Origin: an uncultured Chloroflexia bacterium
GTDB taxonomy: Bacteria; Chloroflexota; Limnocylindria; Limnocylindrales; CSP1-4
Direction of reading: 5' to 3'
NCBI GenBank assembly: GCA_963736545.1
Contig: CAVTPA010000001.1
Coordinates: 3,038,940-3,102,939 of the forward strand
Length of the DNA stretch: 64,000 bases
Of the stretch, positions 31,860 through 41,877 are shown one piece after another. Both the position numbers and the translations under genes were made by a program. Within the stretch, counting starts at the first letter, position 1. Every line of letters begins with the position of its first letter. The notes beneath the pieces are model-generated. The model made no database searches. It was not told the DNA's origin and saw only the letters and a program-made list of their open reading frames with translations.

Positions 31860-32566
31860 CCGAGGCCGTACTGCGTCTCGATGAAGCGCCGCCCGGGGGC
31901 CGCGACGGCGAGCCGGGCCCGGACGTTGCGGATCGTCTCGCGCAGCAGGTGATGGTCGCCGGTGTACGCGGGGCCCCAGACCGTCGCCAGGAGCTCGCCG
32001 TGCTCGACGAGGACGCCCGGTTGCTCGGCCAGGTGGCGCAGCAGGCGGTACTCCGTCGGCGTGAGGTGCACCTCCCGGCCATCGATCTCGACGCGGTGGC
32101 GGGTGTCGTCGATCCGAAGGCCGGCCAGCTCGACGACCGGCTCGGCGGGCGCCGACGGCGCCGGCGGACGGGCCCGGCGGAGCGCCGCCGCGACCCGCGC
32201 CACCAGCTCGGGAAAGCTGAGGGGCTTCGTCACGTAGTCGTCCGCGCCGCTGGCGAGCCCCCGCACCTTGTCGGCCTCCGCCCCGAAGGCCGTGACGATG
32301 ATGATCGGCACGCTGCTCGACTCCCGGATCCGGCGAATGACGTGCCAGCCGTCCACCCGCGGGAGCCCGAGGTCGAGGACGATGAGGTCGGGGGGCTCGG
32401 CGTCGAAGGCGCGGATCGCGTGGGCCCCGTCGGGAGAGATCGACGGCTGCCAGCCGTGCCGTTCGAGCCAGAGCGCGATGAGCTCGGCGAACGCCGGCTC
32501 GTCCTCGACGACGAGGATCCGCTCGCCGCGGCCGGCGATCGGGCCGGGCGGCCGCGGACCGCTCAC
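31811..32566 (-). CDS. OmpR-family response regulator
   Basis: Receiver domain (ILVVEDEP...DLIVLDLGLP...TAFGAEADKV) and a winged-helix output (LTPTEYRLLRHLA...GLGYRF). Its GTG start overlaps the HK stop as GTGA. The 3' end overlaps convergent mfd by about 49 bp. Confidence 0.85.
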   Translation of the reverse strand: MSGPRPPGPIAGRGERILVVEDEPAFAELIALWLERHGWQPSISPDGAHAIRAFDAEPPDLIVLDLGLPRVDGWHVIRRIRESSSVPIIIVTAFGAEADKVRGLASGADDYVTKPLSFPELVARVAAALRRARPPAPSAPAEPVVELAGLRIDDTRHRVEIDGREVHLTPTEYRLLRHLAEQPGVLVEHGELLATVWGPAYTGDHHLLRETIRNVRARLAVAAPGRRFIETQYGLGYRFAAGGDDGGAEDD

Positions 32567-34338
32567 GGCCGCGCCTCCGAGCCGGTCGGGGTGAGGGCGC
32601 CGGCCGCGACGGGGAGCCCGACCGAGATCGAGGTGCCCCGCGTGGTCGCGTCGAGGCGGATCCAGCCGCCGTGCGCCTCGACGATCCGCCGGCAGAGGTA
32701 GAGGCCGAGGCCGCTGCCCGGCACGCCCGACTCGCGGACGCCGCGCCCCCGGAAGAACCGCTCGAACACGTGGTCGCGGTCCTCGGCCGCGATGCCCCGG
32801 CCGTCGTCGGCGACGGTGAGGACGACGGTCGCCTCGTCGAGGCGGCGTACCCGCATCTCGATCCGGGACGTGCGGCCGGCGTGCTTCTCGGCGTTCTCGA
32901 CGAGGTTCTGCACGACCTGGCGGATGCGTGACCCGTCGACGTCGACGCGGGGCAGCATGCGCGGCAGGTCGAGCGCCACGGGCCGGGCGTCGGGCCGCTC
33001 GGCCCGCTCCGCCAGGTAGGCCCGCAGGACGCCGTCGAGCGCGACCGGCGTCCGGCGGAGGACGAGGGCGTCGCTCTCGAGCTGCCCGACGTCGATGATC
33101 TCGTCGACCAGGCCGGCGAGCCGCCGGGCGGCCGCGGCAATCCGCTCGAGGTGTCGTCGCGCGGTCGTCGGATCGAGGTCGAGCTGGAGCAGGCTCTGGG
33201 TGTAGCCGTCGATGAGCGCGAGCGGCGTCCGCAGCTCGTGCGAGACGGCCGCGACGAAGCTCGCCTTCGCCGCCTCCAGCGATCGGGCGGGGCGCAGGTC
33301 GCGCAGGACGCCGACGGCCCCACCGTCGACGGCCGGCATCCGGGAGAAGCTCGCCGCGACCGGGATCCGGCCGCCGTCCCGATGGCGAACTTCGATCTCC
33401 CGCCCGACGATCGGGAGGCCGGACTCGAGGACCTCGCCGAACGGGCAGGCCTCGCCGCACAGGAGGAGGCCCGGCGCGTCGTCGACGCCGGCGGGAGTCC
33501 GGGCATGGGCCGCGTTTCGCCACGGGGGGCCGACGCCGTCAGGGCTCCCGGGCCCGCCCGGCCCCGGTTGTCCGCGGCCCGTGGCCACGCAGCCGAGGAA
33601 CGCTTCGCAGGGCATGCCGGCGGCCGCCCGCGCCGCGCCCCCGACGAGCGCCTCGGCGGCCGGGTTGAGGCGCACGATGCGGCGGCTCCCGTCCACCGCG
33701 ACGATCGCGTCGGTCGCGCCCTCGAGGATCGCGGCGAGGGTCGCCTGCTCGCGGGCGAGCCAGCCCCGGAGCTGGGCCGCCCGGAGCGTGACGGCGAGCT
33801 CCTGGCGGACGCTGGCGAGATACCGGACGTGGCCGGGGTCGAGCGTCCCCTCCGCCCGCACGGCCAGGAACCCGACGCCGCCGGCCGCGCCGACCGGCGA
33901 GGCCGGCCCGACGGAACGCCCCTCGGGGAGGGCCGTCCCGCTCCACCCGGCGGCCGTGGCCCAGGCCCGCGCGGCCCTGACGTCGACGAACGCCGGCGGA
34001 ACCGCCGGCCCGGGCTGAGGGGTGCTCCCGGCGTCGCCCGGGAACGTCGCCACGAGCTGGACGGTCGCGGCGCCCGGCTGCGCGAGCCAGAGCGCGGCGT
34101 CGACGGCGCCGACGGCCCGGGCGACCTCGGCGATCACGGCGCTCGCGATCTCGGCGACCGTGCCGCCGGCGGCGAGAAGCTGGCTGAGCTGGTACTGGGC
34201 GAAGACCGCGTCGGCCTCGTGCTGGGCGTCGGTGAAGACGCGATGGCGCTCGACCTCGAGCTCGCGGACGCGGGCCGCGAGGGCCGCGACCTGCGCCGCG
34301 AGCGCCTCCGCCCCCGGGTCGGCGGGCGGCGGCGTCAC
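32563..34338 (-). CDS. Cytoplasmic sensor histidine kinase with GAF-like and PAS-like sensory domains
   Basis: About 591 aa from GTG 34338. No TM segment is apparent. A GAF-like region (AEIASAVIAEVARAVGAVDAALWL) and a PAS-like region (LAAILEGATDAIVAVDGSRRIVRLNPAAEALVG) precede HisKA (AAVSHELRTPLALIDGY) and HATPase_c (NLVENAEKHA...DDGRGI...GSGLGL). The rest of ORF 32563..35055 is a spurious extension over the DhaL-like gene. Confidence 0.8.
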   Translation of the reverse strand: MTPPPADPGAEALAAQVAALAARVRELEVERHRVFTDAQHEADAVFAQYQLSQLLAAGGTVAEIASAVIAEVARAVGAVDAALWLAQPGAATVQLVATFPGDAGSTPQPGPAVPPAFVDVRAARAWATAAGWSGTALPEGRSVGPASPVGAAGGVGFLAVRAEGTLDPGHVRYLASVRQELAVTLRAAQLRGWLAREQATLAAILEGATDAIVAVDGSRRIVRLNPAAEALVGGAARAAAGMPCEAFLGCVATGRGQPGPGGPGSPDGVGPPWRNAAHARTPAGVDDAPGLLLCGEACPFGEVLESGLPIVGREIEVRHRDGGRIPVAASFSRMPAVDGGAVGVLRDLRPARSLEAAKASFVAAVSHELRTPLALIDGYTQSLLQLDLDPTTARRHLERIAAAARRLAGLVDEIIDVGQLESDALVLRRTPVALDGVLRAYLAERAERPDARPVALDLPRMLPRVDVDGSRIRQVVQNLVENAEKHAGRTSRIEMRVRRLDEATVVLTVADDGRGIAAEDRDHVFERFFRGRGVRESGVPGSGLGLYLCRRIVEAHGGWIRLDATTRGTSISVGLPVAAGALTPTGSEARP

Positions 34339-35048
34339 GGTCGCGCCTCGCCGTCGACGGCCCGCGCCATCGCCCCGAGCAGGAGGAAGCAGGAGGTTGC
34401 GCCGGGGTCGCGGTGGCCCCTCGAGCGTTCGCCGAGGCGAAGCGCGAGGCCGCGGCGGGCGACGAGCGGGATCGTCGACCGCATCCCGCTCCCGGCGGCG
34501 AGGGTGGCCGCGGCGAGGCAGTCGCCGAGCGGGCGGCCCGCTGCGGCGCCGGCCCGGAGAGCGGCGACGCCGGGAGCCAGGGCGTCGAGGATCGTCTTGT
34601 CGCCGACGGCGCACCGCCCACGGCGCTCCAGCCCTGCCCGGCCGGCCTCGAGCGCGGTCGCGAGGTCGACCGGCGTGGCCGCGTTCCGGCCCGCCAGGAC
34701 GAACCCGGCCTCGATGAACGCGGTCCCGTAGAGCGGGCCGCTTGCGCCGCCGACGCTCGCCACGAGCGAGTGGCCGAGGACCCGCAGCAGCTCTCCGACG
34801 TCCTCCGGGTGCTCGACGAGCCCGGTCCGGGCGGCCTCGGCGGCGGCCCTGAAGCCGATGGCCATGTTGGCCCCGTGGTCGCCGTCGCCGAGCGCCGCGT
34901 CCAGCCGGTCGAGGAGGGCCTCGTGGCGGTCGAGCGCGGCCACGGCGTGCTCGACGAAGCGGACCACGTCGCGGGCAGTGAGCGCGTCGTGGTCGACCGC
35001 GCCGGACGCGGCGCGCGGAGACTTCAGCGGGGGCCCTATCCTCTCCAT
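34335..35048 (-). CDS. DhaL-like (Dak2 domain, ADP-binding) protein translationally coupled to the histidine kinase
   Basis: 237 aa from ATG 35048. DhaL motifs are [32 protein letters not shown] and LGERSRGHRDPGA. Its TGA stop overlaps the HK GTG start as GTGA at 34335..34338. Confidence 0.75.
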   Translation of the reverse strand: MERIGPPLKSPRAASGAVDHDALTARDVVRFVEHAVAALDRHEALLDRLDAALGDGDHGANMAIGFRAAAEAARTGLVEHPEDVGELLRVLGHSLVASVGGASGPLYGTAFIEAGFVLAGRNAATPVDLATALEAGRAGLERRGRCAVGDKTILDALAPGVAALRAGAAAGRPLGDCLAAATLAAGSGMRSTIPLVARRGLALRLGERSRGHRDPGATSCFLLLGAMARAVDGEARP

Positions 35049-35121
35049 CGGCCACCGGAGTCTACGGCGGCCGCTGGGGCGGCGCGAGGTCGGCGCTCCG
35101 CGAGACGGACGGGAGGCGGCG

Positions 35122-35550
35122 ATGATCGCCCTGGCACTGGTGGGCCACAGCCCCGAGCTGTTGCGCGCGCTTCGGGCGATGCTTGCCCAGGCGGCGCCCG
35201 GCGTACCGGTCGCGACGGCCGGCGGATCGGCGGCCGGCTCGCTCGGCACCAGCAGCCCCGTGATCGAGGAGGCGCTCGCGGCCGCCATGGTCGCCAGCGA
35301 CGGCGCGGGCGTCGTCGTCCTGTTCGACCTCGGCAGCGCCGCGATGGCGCTCGAGATGGCGCTCGAGGCCCTGCCGGCGGCGGACCGCGACCGGGTTCGC
35401 GTCAGTCGAGGCCCGCTCGTCGAGGGGGCGGTCGCGGCTGCCGTCGAGGCCGCAGCCGGGGCGCCGCTCGACCGCGTGCTGGCGATCGCGGACGCGGAAC
35501 GGCTCACGGAGAAGCTGCCGGCCGACTGGCTCGCCGGGGCGAGCCGGTGA
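35122..35550 (+). CDS. DhaM-like phosphotransfer protein (PTS EIIA-mannose fold), paralog 2
   Basis: ATG 35122 with GGGAGG upstream. MIALALVGHSPELLRALRAMLAQAA with the conserved His of the EIIA-Man fold. About 40% identical to the second DhaM at 43452. The stop overlaps the downstream DhaL start as GTGA. Confidence 0.7.
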   Translation: MIALALVGHSPELLRALRAMLAQAAPGVPVATAGGSAAGSLGTSSPVIEEALAAAMVASDGAGVVVLFDLGSAAMALEMALEALPAADRDRVRVSRGPLVEGAVAAAVEAAAGAPLDRVLAIADAERLTEKLPADWLAGASR

Positions 35551-36191
35551 CGGAGGCGCTCCTCGTCCGCTGGCTGCGCACCGCGGCCGAGCGCGTCGCG
35601 GGAGCCCGCCTGCTCCTGACGGAGCTCGATGCGGCCATCGGGGACGGCGACCACGGGATCAACCTCGACCGCGGCTTTGCCGAGCTCGTGCGACGGCTCG
35701 ATGTCGGTGAGGTGCCTGACGCGCCGCCGGCGGCGACCCTGGAGGCGGCCGGCAGGACGATCATGGCCACCGTCGGCGGGGCCAGCGGCGCGCTGTACGG
35801 CCGGGCGCTCCAGCGTGCAGGGGCCGCCCTGATCGCTCCCGTCGCGACCGGGCCGGCGGCGCGCGAGGAGATTGCGGCAACGGCTCTCGCCGCGGCCGTC
35901 GCGGCGATCTCGGCGCTCGGCCGGGCGACGATCGGCGAGAAGACGATGCTTGACGCGCTCGTCCCGGCGCGGGACGCGTTCCAGGCTGCGGTGGCCTCCG
36001 GAGCGGACCTCGCCGCGGCCGCCGCGGCCGCCGCGGCGGCCGCCGACGCCGGCGCGGCGGGGACGGTCCCGCTCCTGGCCACGAAGGGCCGGGCGAGCTA
36101 CCTCGGCGAGCGCTCGATCGGGCACGTCGACCCGGGCGCCGTGTCGAGCGCCATCCTCCTCCGCGCGCTGGCCGACGTCGCCGCCGGCTGA
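35547..36191 (+). CDS. DhaL paralog 2 (Dak2 domain)
   Basis: GTG 35547. Motifs LDAAIGDGDHGINL, GGASGALYG, GEKTMLDAL and [19 protein letters not shown]. Confidence 0.8.
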   Translation: MTEALLVRWLRTAAERVAGARLLLTELDAAIGDGDHGINLDRGFAELVRRLDVGEVPDAPPAATLEAAGRTIMATVGGASGALYGRALQRAGAALIAPVATGPAAREEIAATALAAAVAAISALGRATIGEKTMLDALVPARDAFQAAVASGADLAAAAAAAAAAADAGAAGTVPLLATKGRASYLGERSIGHVDPGAVSSAILLRALADVAAG

Positions 36192-36505
36192 CTCCTCCCC
36201 GGCGCGCCACTCGAGCGGCCCGTCCTCACGAATCTGACAATGTCCTGACGATTCCCGGACGTGCCCGGTCGTAACCTTTCCGCAACGGTGCCGGCGGGCA
36301 CCGTGCGCCGACCGCGCCCAGACGGTCGCGCGGCCCGGGGCCGTGGCCGCGACATGACGGGAGGGACGCAACCCGAGCAGATCGTGCTGTGCCCTACCCG
36401 GCGAGCCCGAACCGGGTGCTCGCTCGCCGGATCTCGGTTCGATCGGCGACGCGGCGTCGCCCTCCGCGCGATTGGCGCGTTTCCTTCATCCCAGAGGGAG
36501 AGAGC

Positions 36506-37270
36506 ATGGAACTCAACATCTTCATGTCCGAGGTCTTCGGCACAATGCTGCTGATCCTCCTCGGCGATGGCGTGGTCGCGGGCGTCCTGCTCGCGAAGTC
36601 GAAGGCCAACGCCTCCGGCTGGATCGTCATCACGATGGCATGGGCCTTCGCGGTGTTCACCGGCGTCGTGGTCGCCGGCGGCGTCGGCGGCGACCTGGTG
36701 TACGGCAACGCGCACCTGAACCCGGCCGTCACGCTCGGCATCTTCGTGAACGCGGCCGTCAGCGGCGGCACCGTCGACGTGGTTGCGATGTTCATCTACA
36801 TCGCCGGCCAGTTCGTCGGCGCGTTCATCGGCGCGACCCTCGTGTTCCTCCACTACTACCCGCACTGGGCGGAGACCGAGGATCCCGGGCTCAAGCTGGC
36901 CGTCTTCTCGACCGCTCCGGCGATTCGCAACGTGACCTGGAACTTCGTCTCCGAGGTCATCGGCACCTTCGTCCTCGTCTTCGTGGTTCTCGCGTTCGGC
37001 AACAACGCGGGCCTCTCCGGCCTCGGCCCCCTGTCGGTCGCCCTGCTGGTCCTCGTGATCGGCCTCGCCCTCGGCGGCACGACCGGGTACGCGATCAACC
37101 CCGCCCGCGACCTCGGGCCGCGGATCATCCACGCGATCATGCCGATCCCGGGCAAGGGAGGCTCCGACTGGGAGTACTCCTGGATCCCGGTTGTCGGCCC
37201 GCTCACCGGCGGCGTCGTCGCTGCCCTCGTGTACCAGTTCATCTTCGTGACGACGGTCGTCCCGGCCTGA
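36506..37270 (+). CDS. glpF: Glycerol uptake facilitator (aquaglyceroporin)
   Basis: Six TM segments and two NPA boxes (HLNPAVT, INPARD). SD GGGAGAG upstream. Confidence 0.9.
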   Translation: MELNIFMSEVFGTMLLILLGDGVVAGVLLAKSKANASGWIVITMAWAFAVFTGVVVAGGVGGDLVYGNAHLNPAVTLGIFVNAAVSGGTVDVVAMFIYIAGQFVGAFIGATLVFLHYYPHWAETEDPGLKLAVFSTAPAIRNVTWNFVSEVIGTFVLVFVVLAFGNNAGLSGLGPLSVALLVLVIGLALGGTTGYAINPARDLGPRIIHAIMPIPGKGGSDWEYSWIPVVGPLTGGVVAALVYQFIFVTTVVPA

Positions 37271-37387
37271 TCGCGCGAACCTAGCCCGCAGCTACCGCGC
37301 GCCGGCGGCCAACGGCCTCGCCGCCGGCGCGCCCACCGTCCAGCAACGTTCCCGAGCACCCGGCGTCATCGCATCCTGGAGGAACGG

Positions 37388-38386
37388 ATGAAGAAGCTCA
37401 TCAACGCTCCCGACGCGGTCGTCGACGACTCGCTCGCCGGCGTCGTCGCGGCCCACGGTGACCTGGTCAAGGTCATCGAGCCGAACGTCGTCGTGCGCGT
37501 CGACGCCCCGAAGTCGGGCAAGGTCGGCGTGATCTCCGGCGGCGGCAGCGGCCACGAGCCGATGCACGGCGGATTCGTCGGGATGGGCATGCTCGACGCT
37601 GCCTGCCCCGGCGCGGTCTTCACCTCGCCGGTGCCGGACCAGATGCTCGCCGCGACCAAGGCGGTCGACGGCGGCGCCGGCGTCCTGCACATCGTCAAGA
37701 ACTACACCGGCGACATCATGAACTTCGAGCTCGCGGCCGAGATGGCCCGGGCGGAGGGGATCGAGGTCACCAGCGTCGTCATCGCCGACGACGTCGCGGT
37801 CAAGGACTCGCTCTACACCGCGGGCCGCCGCGGCGTCGGCGGGACCGTCCTCGCCGAGAAGATCGTCGGCGCCGCCGCCGAGGCGGGGGCCGACCTCGCC
37901 ACGGTCACGGCGCTCTGCCAGAAGGTCCAGGACAACGTCCGCTCGATGGGCATGGCGCTCACGAGCTGCACGGTCCCGGCCGCCGGCAAGCCGACCTTCG
38001 ACATCGGCGACGACGAGATGGAGATCGGCGTCGGCATCCACGGGGAGCCGGGCCGCACGCGGATGAAGGTCGCCACGGCGGCCGAGGTCACCGCGATGCT
38101 CGCCACGCCGATCCTCGACGACCTGCCGTTCCAGGCCGGGGACAAGGTCCTCGCCTTCGTGAACGGGATGGGCGGGACGCCGCTCATCGAGCTTTACGTG
38201 ATCTTCAACGAGCTCAAGAAGATCCTCGACGCTCGCGGGATCACGATCGCCCGCAACCTCGTCGGCAGCTACATCACCTCGCTCGAGATGGCGGGCTGCT
38301 CGATCACCCTCCTGCGCCTCGACGACGAGCTGACGAAGTACTGGGATGCCCCGGTGCTGACGCCCGGCCTTCGCTGGGGCCTGTGA
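37388..38386 (+). CDS. dhaK: Dihydroxyacetone kinase, DHA-binding subunit
   Basis: [26 protein letters not shown]...[15 protein letters not shown], with the DHA-binding His in GHEP. Confidence 0.9.
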   Translation: MKKLINAPDAVVDDSLAGVVAAHGDLVKVIEPNVVVRVDAPKSGKVGVISGGGSGHEPMHGGFVGMGMLDAACPGAVFTSPVPDQMLAATKAVDGGAGVLHIVKNYTGDIMNFELAAEMARAEGIEVTSVVIADDVAVKDSLYTAGRRGVGGTVLAEKIVGAAAEAGADLATVTALCQKVQDNVRSMGMALTSCTVPAAGKPTFDIGDDEMEIGVGIHGEPGRTRMKVATAAEVTAMLATPILDDLPFQAGDKVLAFVNGMGGTPLIELYVIFNELKKILDARGITIARNLVGSYITSLEMAGCSITLLRLDDELTKYWDAPVLTPGLRWGL

Positions 38387-38441
38387 GCGCGACGTCCATC
38401 ACGTCACCTTCCACGCCCGCAGCGCGGGACTGGAGCCGCGG

Positions 38442-39074
38442 ATGATCTCGCACGACGATGTCATTGCCTGGGTTCGCCGGTTCGCCGCCGTGGTGGCGGA
38501 GAACAAGACGTACCTCACGGAGCTCGATTCCGCGATCGGCGACGCCGACCACGGGATCAACATGGACCGCGGCTTCACCGCCGTGGCCGGCAAGCTCGAC
38601 GGTCTCGTCGGCCCTGACATCGGGGCGACGCTGAAGACGGTCGGCACGACGCTCGTCTCGACGGTCGGCGGCGCCAGCGGGCCGCTCTACGGGATGTTCT
38701 TCATGCAGATGGGAGGGGCCGCGGCCGGCAAGGAGTCCCTCGACGCGCAGGAGTTCGCCACGGCCTTCGAGGCCGGTGTCGGCGGGGTCCTCCGCATCGG
38801 GAAGGCCGAGCTCGGCGACAAGACGATGGTCGATGCCCTCCTGCCCGCGCGCGATGCGCTGCAGGCCGCGATCGCCGACGGGGCTTCCGCCGGGGACGCG
38901 GTCCAGCGGATGGCGAACGCGGCGGAGGAGGGCATGCTCGCCACGGTGCCGCTCGTCGCCCGCAAGGGCCGGGCGAGCTACCTCGGCGAGCGGTCGGCCG
39001 GGCACCAGGACCCGGGCGCGACGTCCACCCATCTGCTGCTGCGGTCCGCCGCAGAGGCATTCGCCGGGCGCTAG
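38442..39074 (+). CDS. dhaL: Dihydroxyacetone kinase, ADP-binding subunit
   Basis: [51 protein letters not shown]. Confidence 0.9.
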   Translation: MISHDDVIAWVRRFAAVVAENKTYLTELDSAIGDADHGINMDRGFTAVAGKLDGLVGPDIGATLKTVGTTLVSTVGGASGPLYGMFFMQMGGAAAGKESLDAQEFATAFEAGVGGVLRIGKAELGDKTMVDALLPARDALQAAIADGASAGDAVQRMANAAEEGMLATVPLVARKGRASYLGERSAGHQDPGATSTHLLLRSAAEAFAGR

Positions 39075-39112
39075 CCCGGCATGTTCGGTCAAGCCAGTAT
39101 CGGGAGACGCAC

Positions 39113-40609
39113 ATGACGAAGTACGTGGGGGCCCTCGACCAGGGGACCACGAGCACCCGCTTCATGATCTTCGACCACGCCGGCCTGCCGGTGGCGATCG
39201 ACCAGATGGAGCACGAGCAGATCTTCCCGAAGCCGGGTTGGGTCGAGCACGACCCGATGGAGATCTGGGCCCGCAGCCAGGACGTCATCAAGGGCGCCCT
39301 CGCCAAGGCCGGCCTCACCGCCGCGGACCTCGCCGCGGTCGGCGTCACCAACCAGCGCGAGACGACGGTCGTCTGGGACAAGCGCACCGGCAAGCCGGTC
39401 TACAACGCCATCGTCTGGCAGGACACCCGGACCAAGGACATCTGCGACGAGCTCGAGAAGGACGGCGGCCCGGATCGTCTCCGCCCGAAGACCGGCCTGC
39501 CGCTGGCGACCTACTTCTCCGGCCCGAAGGCCAAGTGGGTCCTCGACAACGTCGCCGGCGCGCGCGCCGACGCCGAGGCGGGGCACCTCCTGTTCGGCAA
39601 CATCGACACCTGGTGCATCTGGAACCTGACCGGCGGCGTCAACGGCGGCGTCCACGTCACCGACGTGTCCAATGCCAGCCGCACGCTCATGTTCAACTAC
39701 ACGACGCTCGCGTGGGATCCCGAGATCACAGCGCTTCTCGGCGTCCCGGCGTCGATGCTGCCGGCCGTCAAGGCCTCGTCCGCGGTCTACGGCACGTGCG
39801 TCGGCGACCTCGCCGGCGTCCCGGTCGCGGGCGACCTGGGCGACCAGCAGGCCGCCCTCTTCGGCCAGACCTGCTTCTCGCCCGGCGAGGCGAAGAACAC
39901 GTACGGCACGGGCTGCTTCATGCTCCTCAACACGGGCACGAAGGCAGTCCCGAGCAAGAGCGGCCTCCTGACGACGTTGGCGTACAAGATCGGCGACCAG
40001 CCGGCCGTGTACGCGCTCGAGGGCTCGATCGCCATCACGGGCGCCCTCGTGCAGTGGGTCCGCGACAACCTCCAGATGATCGAGAAGTCGCCCGACATCG
40101 AGGCCCTCGCGGCCTCCGTCGAGGACAACGGCGGCGTCTACTTCGTCCCGGCGTTCTCCGGCCTCTTCGCGCCGTACTGGAAGAACGACGCTCGCGGCGT
40201 GATCGCGGGCCTCACCCGGTACGTCACCAAGGCCCACATCGCACGGGCCGTCCTCGAGGCCACCGCCTGGCAGACCCGCGAGGTCCTGGACGCGATGAAC
40301 GCCGACTCCGGCGTTCCGCTGACGGCCCTCAAGGTCGACGGTGGCATGGTCTTCAACAACCTCCTCATGCAGTTCCAGTCCGACGTCCTGAAGGTTCCGG
40401 TCATCCGGCCGAAGGTCGCCGAGACGACGGCCCTCGGGGCGGCCTACGCGGCCGGCCTGGCGGTCGGGTACTGGGGCGAGGTCGAGGACCTGCGCGCGAA
40501 CTGGGCGAAGGACCACGAGTGGCATCCGACGATGGATCCCGCGAAGGTCGACGCCGAGTACGCGCAGTGGAAGAAGGCCGTCACCCGCACGTTCGGCTGG
40601 GTCGACTGA
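39113..40609 (+). CDS. glpK: Glycerol kinase
   Basis: 498 aa with the FGGY kinase signature ([16 protein letters not shown]...[11 protein letters not shown]...[18 protein letters not shown]). Confidence 0.95.
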   Translation: MTKYVGALDQGTTSTRFMIFDHAGLPVAIDQMEHEQIFPKPGWVEHDPMEIWARSQDVIKGALAKAGLTAADLAAVGVTNQRETTVVWDKRTGKPVYNAIVWQDTRTKDICDELEKDGGPDRLRPKTGLPLATYFSGPKAKWVLDNVAGARADAEAGHLLFGNIDTWCIWNLTGGVNGGVHVTDVSNASRTLMFNYTTLAWDPEITALLGVPASMLPAVKASSAVYGTCVGDLAGVPVAGDLGDQQAALFGQTCFSPGEAKNTYGTGCFMLLNTGTKAVPSKSGLLTTLAYKIGDQPAVYALEGSIAITGALVQWVRDNLQMIEKSPDIEALAASVEDNGGVYFVPAFSGLFAPYWKNDARGVIAGLTRYVTKAHIARAVLEATAWQTREVLDAMNADSGVPLTALKVDGGMVFNNLLMQFQSDVLKVPVIRPKVAETTALGAAYAAGLAVGYWGEVEDLRANWAKDHEWHPTMDPAKVDAEYAQWKKAVTRTFGWVD

Positions 40610-40679
40610 CGACCCTCCCGGTGTCCGGGCCCCGCGTCGCGGGGCCCGGACACCACCATCCCGGGCGCGGAGCGCAGAC

Positions 40680-41867
40680 ATGACCATCCCCCGACTTCCC
40701 CGGCAGCCCTTCCACGTCGTCATCGTCGGCGGTGGCGGGACCGGCGGCGCCCTCGCCCATGACCTGATCCTCCGAGGGTTCCGCGTGACCCTCGTCGAGC
40801 GCGGCGAGCTCACCTCCGGGACCACCGGCCGCCACCACGGCCTCCTCCACTCGGGCGCCCGCTACGCCGTCAAGGACCAGGAGTCGGCCGTCGAGTGCAT
40901 CGAGGAGCGCCGGATCCTCGGGAAGGTCTGCCCCGGCTCGTTCGAGGAGAACGACGGCCTGTTCGTCGCGATCACCGACGAGGACGTCGCCTACGAGCCG
41001 ATGTTCTACGAGGCCTGCCTGGCCAGCGGGATCCCGGCTCGCCGGGTGACCCGCGAGGAGGCGCTCCGCCTGGAGCCGCACCTCAACCCCGACCTCAAGA
41101 TGGCGGTCCAGATCCCCGATGCGACGATGGACGCCATGCGGATGCCCCTCCGCTTCTTCGCGACCGCGAAGGCCGGAGGCGCGGTCATCCGTCCCTGGAC
41201 CCTCGTCACCGAGCTGCTGGTCGCCGACCGCCTCGTGACCGGGATCCGCGTCCGCGATCTCACGAACGGCGTCGAGGAGGAGATCCACGGCGATCTCGTC
41301 GTCAACGCGACGGGACCCTGGGCCGAGCAGATCGCCGTCATGGCCGGCTGCGACGTCCCGATCCGCCCCTCGCCGGGCGTGATCCTCGCCGTCCGCGGCC
41401 GCTGGTGCAACATGGTCATCAACCACCTCCACGCGTCCGGCGACGGCGACATCATCGTTCCCCAGCGCGGCCTCTCGGTCGTCGGCACGAGCTCCTGGGT
41501 CGTGGAGGATCCCGACGACCTCGGGGTCCCCGAGGACCACGTCGAGCGGATGTACGTCGAGGGCTCGAAGATGATCCCCGCGATCCGGACCGCGGAGCGT
41601 CGAGCAGCCTGGTCGGCGGCCCGCCCGCTGATCGGCTCGCGCGACGCGGACTCCGGGCGCGAGCTGAGCCGGACGTTCAAGTGCTTCGACCATCGCGAGA
41701 CGGACGGCGTCGAGGGGTTCGTCACGATCTCCGGCGGCAAGGGCACGACGCTCCGGGCGATGGCCGAGACGACCGCCGACGTCATCTGCCGGAAGGTTGG
41801 CGTCGAGGCGCCCTGCCAGACCCGGGAGGTCGTGACCCTTCCGCACGGCGCCTACTACGCGGCGTAG
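40680..41867 (+). CDS. glpA: FAD-dependent glycerol-3-phosphate dehydrogenase flavoprotein (GlpA-like, short form)
   Basis: FAD fold VVIVGGGGTGGALAHDL and the GlpA/GlpD signature SGTTGRHHGLLHSGARYAVKDQESAVECIEE. Confidence 0.8.
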   Translation: MTIPRLPRQPFHVVIVGGGGTGGALAHDLILRGFRVTLVERGELTSGTTGRHHGLLHSGARYAVKDQESAVECIEERRILGKVCPGSFEENDGLFVAITDEDVAYEPMFYEACLASGIPARRVTREEALRLEPHLNPDLKMAVQIPDATMDAMRMPLRFFATAKAGGAVIRPWTLVTELLVADRLVTGIRVRDLTNGVEEEIHGDLVVNATGPWAEQIAVMAGCDVPIRPSPGVILAVRGRWCNMVINHLHASGDGDIIVPQRGLSVVGTSSWVVEDPDDLGVPEDHVERMYVEGSKMIPAIRTAERRAAWSAARPLIGSRDADSGRELSRTFKCFDHRETDGVEGFVTISGGKGTTLRAMAETTADVICRKVGVEAPCQTREVVTLPHGAYYAA

Positions 41868-41877
41868 GAGCAGAGCC

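Noticed and set aside
27699-33506. 1935-aa minus-strand ORF
   Set aside because: It spans mfd in antisense and merges with the real regulator and kinase frame region. The only real minus-strand genes here are the response regulator (31811..32566) and the kinase (32563..34338).
34413-36371. Plus ORF 34413..36191 (592 aa) and minus ORF 34335..36371 (678 aa) spanning the divergent dha region
   Set aside because: Only sub-segments are real: dhaL2 35547..36191 on plus, the dhaL-like gene 34335..35048 on minus, and dhaM2 35122..35550 in another frame. The remainders are out-of-frame read-through.
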